Shown piece by piece: positions 19,235 to 28,806 of a stretch of 57,123 bases of DNA. Numbering within the stretch: the stretch's first letter is position 1; every line of letters starts with the position of its first letter. Where the stretch lies: assembly GCA_036140815.1 (NCBI GenBank), contig JAYZXX010000223.1, positions 1 through 57,123 of the forward strand, read 5' to 3'. A program made the position numbers and the translations under genes. Origin of the DNA: Bdellovibrionota bacterium (GTDB lineage: Bacteria; Bdellovibrionota; Bdellovibrionia; Bdellovibrionales; UBA840). The notes below the pieces were generated by a model. That model was not told the DNA's origin, ran no database searches, and saw only the letters and a program-made list of their open reading frames with translations.

Positions 19235-20843
19235 GCTATTTTTCGTACTGCTTAGCGTTTTCCTATTAAATTTTAATAGCCATGCTCAAGCGGATGAGTT
19301 TTCTGCCTTGGGTAAATTGGCGGTACAAGATGGTGGAAGGATCAAGCCTTTTGATACTTTTGCAAAAGAGAGTTTGCAGCTAATCCATGGTAAATCAAAA
19401 CTGAATGGTCGGGAGGCTGTAGAGGTTGTTTTTACCTGGATGCTTCTACCGGATGTTTGGTCAAAAATGGAGTTTTTGAAAATAGATTATCGAAAACTAA
19501 AAGAGGATCTAGATCTTGAGCCAACGAAAAAATATTTTAGTATGGCTGAAATTATGTCTCATCCTAAGTTGCCTGCAATCATTCAAACTATGAATAATAA
19601 GGCTGAAGCCAAAGAAAGATTAAATTCTTACGATCAAGCCATTCAAATATTAAACAACCAGCTCTCGCTTTACCAGGCAATCTCTAATAACCTACATCCG
19701 GGTTGGATTCCAAGTGAGGAAGCTGAAAATAACAAGTGGAAGCATTTAGGGCAATTTACAGAAGAGCAATCAGCGGATTTTGGCCAAGTGACCAGAGCTT
19801 TTGTTGCGATCATTAAAGCGAAACAAAATAACTTAAAAGAAATTCCAACCAAGGCTCTAGACTTGGCAGTGGATTCCTTTTTTAATAAATACCAAAATGT
19901 AGAAGCCTCGTCTCAATTAGGAATTGAAATTCATTATAATAAATTGCATCCCTTTCAGTGGGCATGGATTTTATACCTTCTTGCTACCATCTTTTTCTTT
20001 CTCTCTAGCTTACTTTCAAAAGAGTCTTTGTATAAAACGGGCCTTGTTTTAATATTGGCAGCCTTCGCGATGCACATCTACGGTTTCAGTTTAAGAGTAT
20101 TGTTAACGGGTAGACCCCCTGTTTCAAATATGTATGAAACTGTAGTTTGGGTGCCATTTGGGACGGTTTTATTTGCCTTATTTTTTGAGTGGAAGAAGCG
20201 TTCACAGTTTATGTTACTAGGGGCAAGTTTAACTGGAGCTTTTTGTATGCTCCTTGCGGATTTTGCGCCAAATGTTTTAGACCCAAGTCTACAACCTTTA
20301 GAGCCAGTTCTTCGTTCTAACCTTTGGTTAACCGTGCATGTATTGACCATTACCATTTCCTATGGGGCTTTTTTCTTGGCCTTTACTCTTGGGGATTTGG
20401 CTTTGTTTTACATCATTAAAGGTGAGAAAAAGTTTAAGGATAAAATTAAGGACCTTAGTGGTGCCATTTACCGAGCTGAAAAAGTGGGTGTGGTATTGTT
20501 GGCAGCTGGAACAATTTTAGGCGGTGTATGGGCGGATTATTCCTGGGGAAGATTCTGGGGATGGGATCCAAAAGAAACTTGGGCTTTGATTGCTTTACTA
20601 GGATATCTTGCACTTCTTCATGCAAAACAAGGTGGCCACATAAAACAAGTGGGAATGATCGCAGGTTCTGTGGTGTCCTTTTCCTTAGTAATCATGGCTT
20701 GGTATGGAGTGAATTACGTTCTTGGTGCCGGACTTCATTCCTATGGTTTTGGTGCCGGTGGATTAGAGTATGTAGCTGGCTTCGTAGGGATACACATTAT
20801 TTTTGTGATCTTCGTTTTATTTGGTAGAAAGAAAGAGAGCTAA
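19227..20843 (+). CDS. ccsA: Cytochrome c biogenesis protein CcsA/ResC (System II)
   Basis: GRIKPFDT, PVSNMYE, WLTVHV, WGRFWGWDPKETW, GLHSY. Confidence 0.93.
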   Translation: MTKLFFVLLSVFLLNFNSHAQADEFSALGKLAVQDGGRIKPFDTFAKESLQLIHGKSKLNGREAVEVVFTWMLLPDVWSKMEFLKIDYRKLKEDLDLEPTKKYFSMAEIMSHPKLPAIIQTMNNKAEAKERLNSYDQAIQILNNQLSLYQAISNNLHPGWIPSEEAENNKWKHLGQFTEEQSADFGQVTRAFVAIIKAKQNNLKEIPTKALDLAVDSFFNKYQNVEASSQLGIEIHYNKLHPFQWAWILYLLATIFFFLSSLLSKESLYKTGLVLILAAFAMHIYGFSLRVLLTGRPPVSNMYETVVWVPFGTVLFALFFEWKKRSQFMLLGASLTGAFCMLLADFAPNVLDPSLQPLEPVLRSNLWLTVHVLTITISYGAFFLAFTLGDLALFYIIKGEKKFKDKIKDLSGAIYRAEKVGVVLLAAGTILGGVWADYSWGRFWGWDPKETWALIALLGYLALLHAKQGGHIKQVGMIAGSVVSFSLVIMAWYGVNYVLGAGLHSYGFGAGGLEYVAGFVGIHIIFVIFVLFGRKKES

Positions 20844-20850
20844 GAATATT

Positions 20851-22179
20851 ATGAAGTCTTTTGAAGTAAATTTTGATGGAATTGTTGGGCCTACTCACAA
20901 CTATGCAGGCTTATCCTATGGTAACGTAGCCTCATTGAATAATGCAAGTTCTGTGGCAAACCCAAAAGAGGCTATTTTACAGGGCTTAGAGAAAATGAAA
21001 GCTCTGTCGGAGATGGGAGTAAAGCAGGGCTTTCTTCCTCCTCATGAAAGACCATACATTCCAGCTTTAAAAGCAGCTGGTTTTAGCGGTACTGATTCGG
21101 AAATTTTGGCAAAGGCCTATGATAAGGCTCCAGGTATTTTAAATGCCTTTAGCAGTGCCTCTCCAATGTGGACCGCCAACGCGGCAACCGTTTCACCAAG
21201 TGCTGATTCAAAAGATAAAAAGGTGCATTTTACTCCTGCAAATTTAATTAATAAACTTCATAGATCCATAGAGTCAGAGTGTACCGGTAAAGCATTAAAA
21301 GGGATTTTTTCCAACGATCAATATTTTAGCCATCACTCTGCCTTGCCTTACCACGATGATTTTGGTGATGAAGGTGCTGCTAACCACACTCGTTTGTGTA
21401 ATGAATATGATGAACAAGGTTTGCAAATTTTTGTCTATGGAAAACAAGGTGCAGGGCGTGGGATTGAGCCGAAAAAATTTCCAGCAAGACAAACTTTATT
21501 GGCGTGTGAAGCGGTGGCAAGAGCGCATAGGCTTCGCGATGAACATGTAGTTTATTTACAACAAAATCCTCATGTGATTGATGAGGGAGTTTTTCATAAC
21601 GACGTTATTTCCGTAGGTAATAGAGATGTTTTCTTTTACCACGAAATGTCTTTTCTAAATGCTGAAGATGATATTCAAAAAATCAAGGCAGCCTACCTGG
21701 GGGAACTAAAACTTATCAAAGTTCCTTTAAGTGATGTTAGCGTTCAGGATGCCGTTAAGTCCTATTTATTTAATTCCCAATTGGTTTGGAGCGAAGGAAA
21801 GACCATTTTAATTGCACCCACGGATTGTGAAGAGAACGCAAGTGTTAAGAAGTACATCGATAAAATGCTTTCTGAAAATGTAGGTATTGATGAAGTAAAA
21901 TATTTTAAGTTAAAGCAGTCTATGCAGAACGGGGGAGGACCTGCTTGCTTGAGATTACGAGTGGCGTTGAACGAAAGTGAATTTTCAGCCATAAATCAAA
22001 AGGCCGTTTTCACTGCTGATTCTTATGAAAAACTAAAAGTTTGGGCTAACAAGCATTACAGAGATCGCTTGCAAGGAGACGACCTAAAGGATCCTAGTCT
22101 CCTCAATGAGTGCCGAAGTGCTCTTGATGAGTTGACTCAAATAATGGGTTTAGGTTCGATCTATTATTTTCAGCGCTAG
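20851..22179 (+). CDS. astB: N-succinylarginine dihydrolase
   Basis: EVNFDGIVGPTHNYAGLSYGN, GDEGAANH, GVFHNDVI, SMQNGGGPACLRLRV; ATG at 20851 matches the family start. Confidence 0.95.
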   Translation: MKSFEVNFDGIVGPTHNYAGLSYGNVASLNNASSVANPKEAILQGLEKMKALSEMGVKQGFLPPHERPYIPALKAAGFSGTDSEILAKAYDKAPGILNAFSSASPMWTANAATVSPSADSKDKKVHFTPANLINKLHRSIESECTGKALKGIFSNDQYFSHHSALPYHDDFGDEGAANHTRLCNEYDEQGLQIFVYGKQGAGRGIEPKKFPARQTLLACEAVARAHRLRDEHVVYLQQNPHVIDEGVFHNDVISVGNRDVFFYHEMSFLNAEDDIQKIKAAYLGELKLIKVPLSDVSVQDAVKSYLFNSQLVWSEGKTILIAPTDCEENASVKKYIDKMLSENVGIDEVKYFKLKQSMQNGGGPACLRLRVALNESEFSAINQKAVFTADSYEKLKVWANKHYRDRLQGDDLKDPSLLNECRSALDELTQIMGLGSIYYFQR

Positions 22180-22405
22180 ATTGGTAAAGTTAAGTTTTCA
22201 TTTCGTAGTAGTATTGGTTCCGGGCTATCTGTCTAAAGGTACTACTATATTTGGATAGGGTAGCTTATTATTCTAGAGTCTAGTGTCTATCATTGTTTTG
22301 TTAAGTATTCTTAGGATTGTCTAAAGTTTTGATAGACTTATATATAATATACATTCGAGATATTACTTTTCTCATGTGTTTAGTGCATTATGATAAAATT
22401 CGAAT

Positions 22406-23743
22406 ATGAAGATAGGCTCTTTTTTTCTTTGCGTTTTTATGTTTTCTAAGTTTGTCTTAGCTCAAGAAAACGCTCTTAAACCGAGAATATGGTACGATCC
22501 AAGTACTCGCTTTGCACAAAATTTGGTTAGAGAAATTTTGGTAGAGAAAGAGGCGAAACAGGCGGATCTATTTGACGTGGCTTTGCTCCATGAAGATGTT
22601 GGCTCTCGGTTTGGCGATCCTGTTAAAATAGAAAATCTCCGGGCGGGAGACAGTGTTATACTTAGCCAGTATTCAGAGCGTTTCTCCTGGCTTCTTGCCA
22701 AATGGGGAGAGTTCCTTCTTTATCCTGAAATCAATATTTACATAAATGTTGAAATCATGAGCTTAAAAAATATCGGCTATGGAAACAATTTTACAGAAAT
22801 GCAAATTTTGAGGGGGCTGCTGGCAAGTGGAGTCTTTCCTCATTTAAAAGTAATTGTTCATAATCGAGAAATGGCAGATTTTTTTCAAAAATATGTTCCT
22901 AGAAAACAAGTTTTGCAACTGCCGCATCCTGTAGAACTACTTGTTAAAAGCGAAGGAATCGAAAGAGCTCCCAATGATTCACGGACCTATCGTTTGCTGT
23001 ATTTAGGAACACCAGATGATTTTTATCCTGGAAGTGAATTTGATCGCTTTTTACAGCAATTGGCTAAAACTGGCCAACACATAGATTTAGTGTACGCTCC
23101 TCATCCAAATTTCTCTAATTCCAATGAAGCGCTACAGCTTCAATCCTTAGAGTTTTACTCTATAGGGGAAAGAGGAGATTCTAGGATTAAAGTTCAATTT
23201 GTGAACTCTATTGCTGAGACTGAGTTTAATAAACAAGTGGATAGAATAGTTCGAAAACAGTATGAAAATAAACCTATTGGAATTAATGACTATATGGAAA
23301 AGGACGAATCAAGAAAAGAAATAAGTAAATCTCTGATAAAAAACTATGAACTTAGCTCTTCCTATTTCACAAAGGTTGACTCTATTATTAGCAATGGCTC
23401 TACTCTTGGACATATAGCGAAAAAGCTTGGTCTTAGAGTATTTGAAGACGGAGTTGATTTTATTTTAAAAGCTGATTTTAAAAGTCGAGCCTTTGATGAA
23501 CAAAAGCTTTCCAATCAATTAGAGATCGCTAGAAGGCAAATGAATGAGTTTTACAAGGAAGCCTCCGATTTCTATTTTGATCATTTTACTGAAGTTTACT
23601 TAGAGCGAACTAATCCTTATGAGGATAGTCATAGAGCACACTATTTCCCTTTTGCAAGAAAGCTAGTCTCTAAAGGCCTTAATGTCATAGGTATATCGGG
23701 TAACTTTATATTCACTTGTATAAAGAGTGCTAGAAAAGAATAA
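22406..23743 (+). CDS. Exported protein with GT-B/TagF-like motifs
   Basis: Signal peptide ending VLA; LLYLGTP, VYAPHPN, DSIISNGSTLGHIAKKLGLRV. Confidence 0.5.
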   Translation: MKIGSFFLCVFMFSKFVLAQENALKPRIWYDPSTRFAQNLVREILVEKEAKQADLFDVALLHEDVGSRFGDPVKIENLRAGDSVILSQYSERFSWLLAKWGEFLLYPEINIYINVEIMSLKNIGYGNNFTEMQILRGLLASGVFPHLKVIVHNREMADFFQKYVPRKQVLQLPHPVELLVKSEGIERAPNDSRTYRLLYLGTPDDFYPGSEFDRFLQQLAKTGQHIDLVYAPHPNFSNSNEALQLQSLEFYSIGERGDSRIKVQFVNSIAETEFNKQVDRIVRKQYENKPIGINDYMEKDESRKEISKSLIKNYELSSSYFTKVDSIISNGSTLGHIAKKLGLRVFEDGVDFILKADFKSRAFDEQKLSNQLEIARRQMNEFYKEASDFYFDHFTEVYLERTNPYEDSHRAHYFPFARKLVSKGLNVIGISGNFIFTCIKSARKE

Positions 23744-23755
23744 ATAAGTCGAAAA

Positions 23756-26700
23756 CTACAACTTATCCGAGGCCTCAAATCCTTTGGTCAAAGAGCTTCT
23801 GCAAAAATTGGCAGGCCCTTCAAAGATTGGATAATTCCTAGCGAGATCTTCCATATTGAGAACGATGGCTTCTGTAAAAAGACTTCCACCTAATAGTATT
23901 CTGGAAAAACTTCTGGTTCCCAAGAGTGGTGTGCTCATGGATTTAAAGTTACTGAAGGCGATGTATTGAAAATTATAAAATATGGACATGAAGAAATCGA
24001 ATCCAAAGCGAAGTCTTAGCATGGAGTCTCTTACGTATTTTGAAGTGTAGGGATGAGCATGGTACTTCTCTGGGAGATCTCGAATCAACCATCCCTTGGA
24101 CTTTTCAAAGGCATTTTCGAACATCATTTTAAGCCCCATGATAGGGTTTAAAAATGCCACAATATAACCTGTAATGTATAGGTCCACATCAAAGCGTCCC
24201 ATCCAGTAGTATTGGTTTAAATTGTATAGAAAGAAAGAAGCTCCGATATTTGCCCAAACAATCTTAACATTGTAGGCCATGTTTTGGCTCCAACTATTAT
24301 CGCTGGCCCCCAGATTGTGATAAACATTTCCCCAAAAGCCTTTTTCGGCTAAGGCTCCAGTGGGAATGCTTTCAAAGCCTCCTAAGCGTTCAACTCTTGC
24401 GTACTGCTGTATTTTGTACCAAGCTTGATTTAAGAAGCTCATAACCATTCCATACATTAAGCCATTTAAAAACTGGTATCTAGATAGGTAGTTCCAAGAC
24501 TGATCTGAAAACTGTGTATCATGAATTGGCGCTAGCATTGGGTCGGTAATTGCGGCGGTAGCTGCAAAAACGAAAAGAATTTCGATGGGTTTACTTACAA
24601 TGAAATTCATTAAGGCAGAACGGGTGGCTCGGGCCATGGCCAAAGTGTTTTTCATTCCTTGCTTTACTTCTACATACCTTTTTGATTGAACAGAGCTTCT
24701 TTCGTCGAGACTTCTTGCGGATTTATATTTGTTATCCATGGCTAGGTTTACCAAAGACAGATATCCACTATAAGCTCGGTTTTTGGCCAATTGATAAATT
24801 CTTTCATCAATGCCGCTATTTTCTTTTTTGTTTACCGCATGATCATAGTTTCTCTGAAAAAAATCTTTTGTTGAGGAGTAAATTTCCTCATTTTTAATTA
24901 CAGAGTGATAGAGCCTAAGGGATAGTTCTCTTTCCATGGCGTAGTGACGATACCAGTAAAAAATGAGTCGAGATTTTAAGTTGAGACTAAAGATGGCCGG
25001 ATCTAATGCATCTGTAATATTGTTTGAGCTAAAAATTTTAAACTCATCCGTGTTTTTACTGTAACGTAGACTGGCTTTAATGCTTTCAGCAACTACAGAT
25101 TGTTCTAAGTTAATCTCTAAAGAAATTATCTCTTCTTCTAGTTGTCTACGGGCCTGTTTTTTTATGCTTTCTTTCGGAGGCGCAAGAAATCGAAGGTAAG
25201 AGATTTCACTGGCCCAATACAGGGCCTTATGAATGGGCCTAACGCCTATGATACCAGCTCTAAGTCCGCCATTTAGGTGGCTTGGTAGGTGAGCTCCTTT
25301 AAGGTAGGTGCCATTATCCGCTTTTGTTTGTGAACGCTCAAGGATCGTTGATAGATATCTAGGGTACATGACTAAATAGGCCCAAGTTCTAGGGCGAAAC
25401 GCCAAATTTGCATTTAGAAAAATATTATTCTTTAGCCATATGAAAAAGTTCTGTGTTTTTGTAAATGAAGAAAAACTAAATAAGAAGTGCATCAAAGCCC
25501 CGTGAAAAGTCCTTATTTGCTGAACACCTAGGTCTTTTTTAAAGCCTAAGCCCGACTTTAATTTTTCCACCATATTGAAGAAGCTTAGATTACTCGCAAA
25601 ATCTTTTGCTCTAGCTTGTTCTATTAATTCTAAAATTTCATGATCTTCTTCTAAGGTAAAATTGGTATGTGCACGATTGTAGGCCTTTTCCTCTGCCTCT
25701 GCCTGGAGTTTTATGTCTTTACGGCGGTCTAAGTTTTCGTTAACGATAAAGCGCTTTAATGCATTGGCTGTGCTTTCAAGGCCATCTCGAAACTTCCAGT
25801 AAAGTTTTGTTTTTTGTAGGAGTAAATATTCAGAAGCACTTCTTTGAGAGTTTCTCTCATGATTCACATTTACTAAAAAATTCTTAAGATATACTTGCTT
25901 TGTTTCTAAGCCGATTTTTACATCCAAAAATAGTTTATTGCCTAAAAGGCGGATGTAGTCAGGTCCTGTGAGATTGGAATACCTCATTGAGAAGTATAGT
26001 TCTTTAAAGAATCTATATCGAGCTTCGTCTTCTTTTTCTTTGGTCTTGTTGGTAAATTTATTCCTTAATTTGTCAATGTCTTTCAGAAGAATCACGGAAT
26101 TTACAGTGAGGTGAGCGACACCTATAATATAAAAGCCAAGTTCTATCAAAGAAGCAAAGCCAGCAGCTGTTTTTGATAAGCGTCCATCCGCAACGTAAGT
26201 TTCATACAACACATTTGGGTTAAAGCCACGCAAGGTCTTTGAAGTGGCTTCTCCGGCTAGATATAATAGGTCTGTGGTTTTATTGTAAATTGCATCGAGA
26301 CTATCACTGGCCAAGCGTAGACTCTCAAGAGTAAAGCTTGCGGTTGATTCTGGATAAAGTAGGGCAGCAGCAGCGGCAACACTTATAGCACTCCCGTAAC
26401 GAAATCTTTTAAAGCTAGCCATTTGATAAAAAGCTTCCATAAAACCTTGGTGATTTCTATCTTTGATTGCAATTGCACTTTCAATAATTGCTTCTTTAAA
26501 TATATGACTTCCGTTAGGTCTAGGAACACTAAGAAATAGTTTGAGACGCTTAAATCGATAGCTGAGTCGTCGCATTTCTTTTGCATTTTCTTGTTGTGCC
26601 ATTTGTTTGTTAGTGAATTCTTCTCCGTAGAGCTTCATTGCCTGAAGACTGCTAGCGATTTTCATTTCAATGGAGTCATCTTTAATTCGATCCATTAAGT

Positions 26701-27511
26701 CTTGGCTTTTAATCTGGGATTTTAGATCTTTGGTGATTTCAGAGACCAGGTTTTTTCGTTCACTAGAAGGGATGGTTTTGCTTTGTTCACTTTGGATTCG
26801 GTTAATATTTGTCTGAAAGCTTTCTGAAAACTCTTCGATAATATAAGAATGTTGACCAATGCGTTCTCTATCTAAGAAATTAATAGATGTAGAAAAAGCC
26901 ATTTGGTTTAAAGTGGAAATTTCTTTGAGTTGGTCTAAGTGAAAGCTTTTGTTTCCTAACCTAATTCCATAATCTTCTAGGCTCAAATTTCGCCTTAGAT
27001 TTCCACCGGGAAACTTAAAAAGAGCGAGGTCAACTTTGCCGGCTCTCTGGAAGTTTAAATCGATGAAGTGAATTTCACCTGTTTTTTCTCTTAAAAATAA
27101 AAAGCCTTCGAACAAAAGGATTTCAGAAATGGGAATAAAAAAGTCATGTACTTTTAAATTATTTATTTTGAATTGGAAGCTCTGGGCTTGTTCTTCATTA
27201 AATTGATAATGAAAGCTTCGACCGTCCAGGCGCTCTGATACTTTTGTAGCTTCAATTTCTAAGATCAGGTCTTTAAAAGACACTTCTTTTTGAATGCTAT
27301 AGGTTTTTTGTCTTAAAAGTGAGTATGGATCTAGCGGGTGTTTGCCTCGAGTTAAAATGGCCGATCGAAGACTTTGTAATTCATTTTCCGCGCTTGTTGT
27401 TGGCGCTTCATTTTCGGCGGCAACGGCTTTTGGATTTGAATGTATGAGCCCACCAAATACCAACTGAAAAATTAGTAAGTAGTTGATTAGCCCTAGGCTA
27501 AGTTTTCCCAA
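23756..27511 (-). CDS. Giant hypothetical exported membrane protein (1251 aa)
   Basis: TTG start with GAGGA SD; signal peptide ending AVA; several hydrophobic helices in central and C-terminal parts. Confidence 0.8.
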   Translation of the reverse strand: MGKLSLGLINYLLIFQLVFGGLIHSNPKAVAAENEAPTTSAENELQSLRSAILTRGKHPLDPYSLLRQKTYSIQKEVSFKDLILEIEATKVSERLDGRSFHYQFNEEQAQSFQFKINNLKVHDFFIPISEILLFEGFLFLREKTGEIHFIDLNFQRAGKVDLALFKFPGGNLRRNLSLEDYGIRLGNKSFHLDQLKEISTLNQMAFSTSINFLDRERIGQHSYIIEEFSESFQTNINRIQSEQSKTIPSSERKNLVSEITKDLKSQIKSQDLMDRIKDDSIEMKIASSLQAMKLYGEEFTNKQMAQQENAKEMRRLSYRFKRLKLFLSVPRPNGSHIFKEAIIESAIAIKDRNHQGFMEAFYQMASFKRFRYGSAISVAAAAALLYPESTASFTLESLRLASDSLDAIYNKTTDLLYLAGEATSKTLRGFNPNVLYETYVADGRLSKTAAGFASLIELGFYIIGVAHLTVNSVILLKDIDKLRNKFTNKTKEKEDEARYRFFKELYFSMRYSNLTGPDYIRLLGNKLFLDVKIGLETKQVYLKNFLVNVNHERNSQRSASEYLLLQKTKLYWKFRDGLESTANALKRFIVNENLDRRKDIKLQAEAEEKAYNRAHTNFTLEEDHEILELIEQARAKDFASNLSFFNMVEKLKSGLGFKKDLGVQQIRTFHGALMHFLFSFSSFTKTQNFFIWLKNNIFLNANLAFRPRTWAYLVMYPRYLSTILERSQTKADNGTYLKGAHLPSHLNGGLRAGIIGVRPIHKALYWASEISYLRFLAPPKESIKKQARRQLEEEIISLEINLEQSVVAESIKASLRYSKNTDEFKIFSSNNITDALDPAIFSLNLKSRLIFYWYRHYAMERELSLRLYHSVIKNEEIYSSTKDFFQRNYDHAVNKKENSGIDERIYQLAKNRAYSGYLSLVNLAMDNKYKSARSLDERSSVQSKRYVEVKQGMKNTLAMARATRSALMNFIVSKPIEILFVFAATAAITDPMLAPIHDTQFSDQSWNYLSRYQFLNGLMYGMVMSFLNQAWYKIQQYARVERLGGFESIPTGALAEKGFWGNVYHNLGASDNSWSQNMAYNVKIVWANIGASFFLYNLNQYYWMGRFDVDLYITGYIVAFLNPIMGLKMMFENAFEKSKGWLIRDLPEKYHAHPYTSKYVRDSMLRLRFGFDFFMSIFYNFQYIAFSNFKSMSTPLLGTRSFSRILLGGSLFTEAIVLNMEDLARNYPIFEGPANFCRSSLTKGFEASDKL

Positions 27512-27735
27512 TACGTCCTCGATTTTCTTAGAGGCGTAGAATAACTTATTTGACGAGCTAAAGTCTCAAAATTATTATTGAATTAGAAAATTTTCCTGGT
27601 TTGATTAGTTTCTTTTAGATGTTTACCCCTTTCTCAGCTTTGTGTAAGTGCCTAAAAATAGGTTGGATTATATTTAGAGTTGGAAAGCTTCTGGAGTTTT
27701 TAGTTTTATTGTAAAGTTTAGGGTTTAAGAAGCCC

Positions 27736-27927
27736 GGATTCATTGCAATGTTTTTCTCGAAGGACGCGTACCTCCATGTAATCGCCGGTTTCGACCGCTG
27801 GTCAACTTTGCTAATATACTAAGCTCGAGCTTCTTTGTTGGCCTAGGAATTTTTAGGAAGTATTTTTTGCGGATCGATCGCTTTTTGCAAACCGGAGGTC
27901 CTTCGAGAAAAACATTTCAATGAATCC
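27736..27927. repeat. 192-bp element with 30-bp terminal inverted repeats
   Basis: GGATTCATTGCAATGTTTTTCTCGAAGGAC (27736-27765) vs 27898-27927, 29/30 complementary. Confidence 0.85.
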
Positions 27928-28806
27928 TCTTGCTAATATCGAGAGAAATTTTGACACTTATTTGAGAAAGAATCAGATGTTTCATTTTTAATGGAAATCT
28001 TAGCTGGATACAATTGGCTTAGGGCAAGCTCGTTCGTAATTAGTAGTTTTCTAAGCTTTTTGTTGATTTAAGATTGTATAAACTAGTTCACTCAGTTACG
28101 GAAAACCCGGGTAAGCTACATAATTTCAATCTTTTTCAATTATAATCGGTTTTTTTAGTGAATTTCAAATTGATTCAATGATTTTAAAATTGTAGCTATC
28201 ACTCATTCGCAATTAAAGGGGGCAATTCCTAAAACACTCATTACTGAGTCATAGTTTTTGAATCATATGAAGACTGAAAAAACATAATTGGTGTTATTTT
28301 GTTTGGAGTTTGTTTGGAAAACCAATTTACTATGAGAAAAATTTTAAATTGAAACTCAGTGGTTGAATTTAGTAATAAGCTCTTGTTGGCCTCGGTTCGA
28401 TCTAGATAGTTAATCAGGTAAAACTTATAAAAGCGAATATTATTTTATCGCTTTCATATTGGAAAAGATTTTCGAGCCTTAGGGACAAGACCCTTTTTGT
28501 TTAAGTGGCTAGTATTGCGAGGAAAATTAGATTTTCATGATTTTAATTTTGGTGTTTAGCTTTTGGTTTTTGAAAAAGCGTTTAAAAAGAAGCTCTCAAA
28601 TGGGGCTTTGAGAGCTAAGTAATTACTACCAAGTTCATAAGCTAATTTTATGACAAATAAAATAAGAGCTAAGTTTAAGTATTTTAGAGCTTTTTGCCAT
28701 TAGAAAAACTCATATAAAAAATACCAAATTGAAAATTGTAACTGGTACAAACTAAATCTTTCTATTATTACTAACTCCTTAATAACTTTGATTGGGTGAG
28801 TGTTGT

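Noticed and set aside
27880-27930. GCAAACC suggesting a c-di-GMP-I riboswitch
   Set aside because: No GNRA/receptor arrangement or GACGCAAAGC segment; explained by the inverted-repeat element
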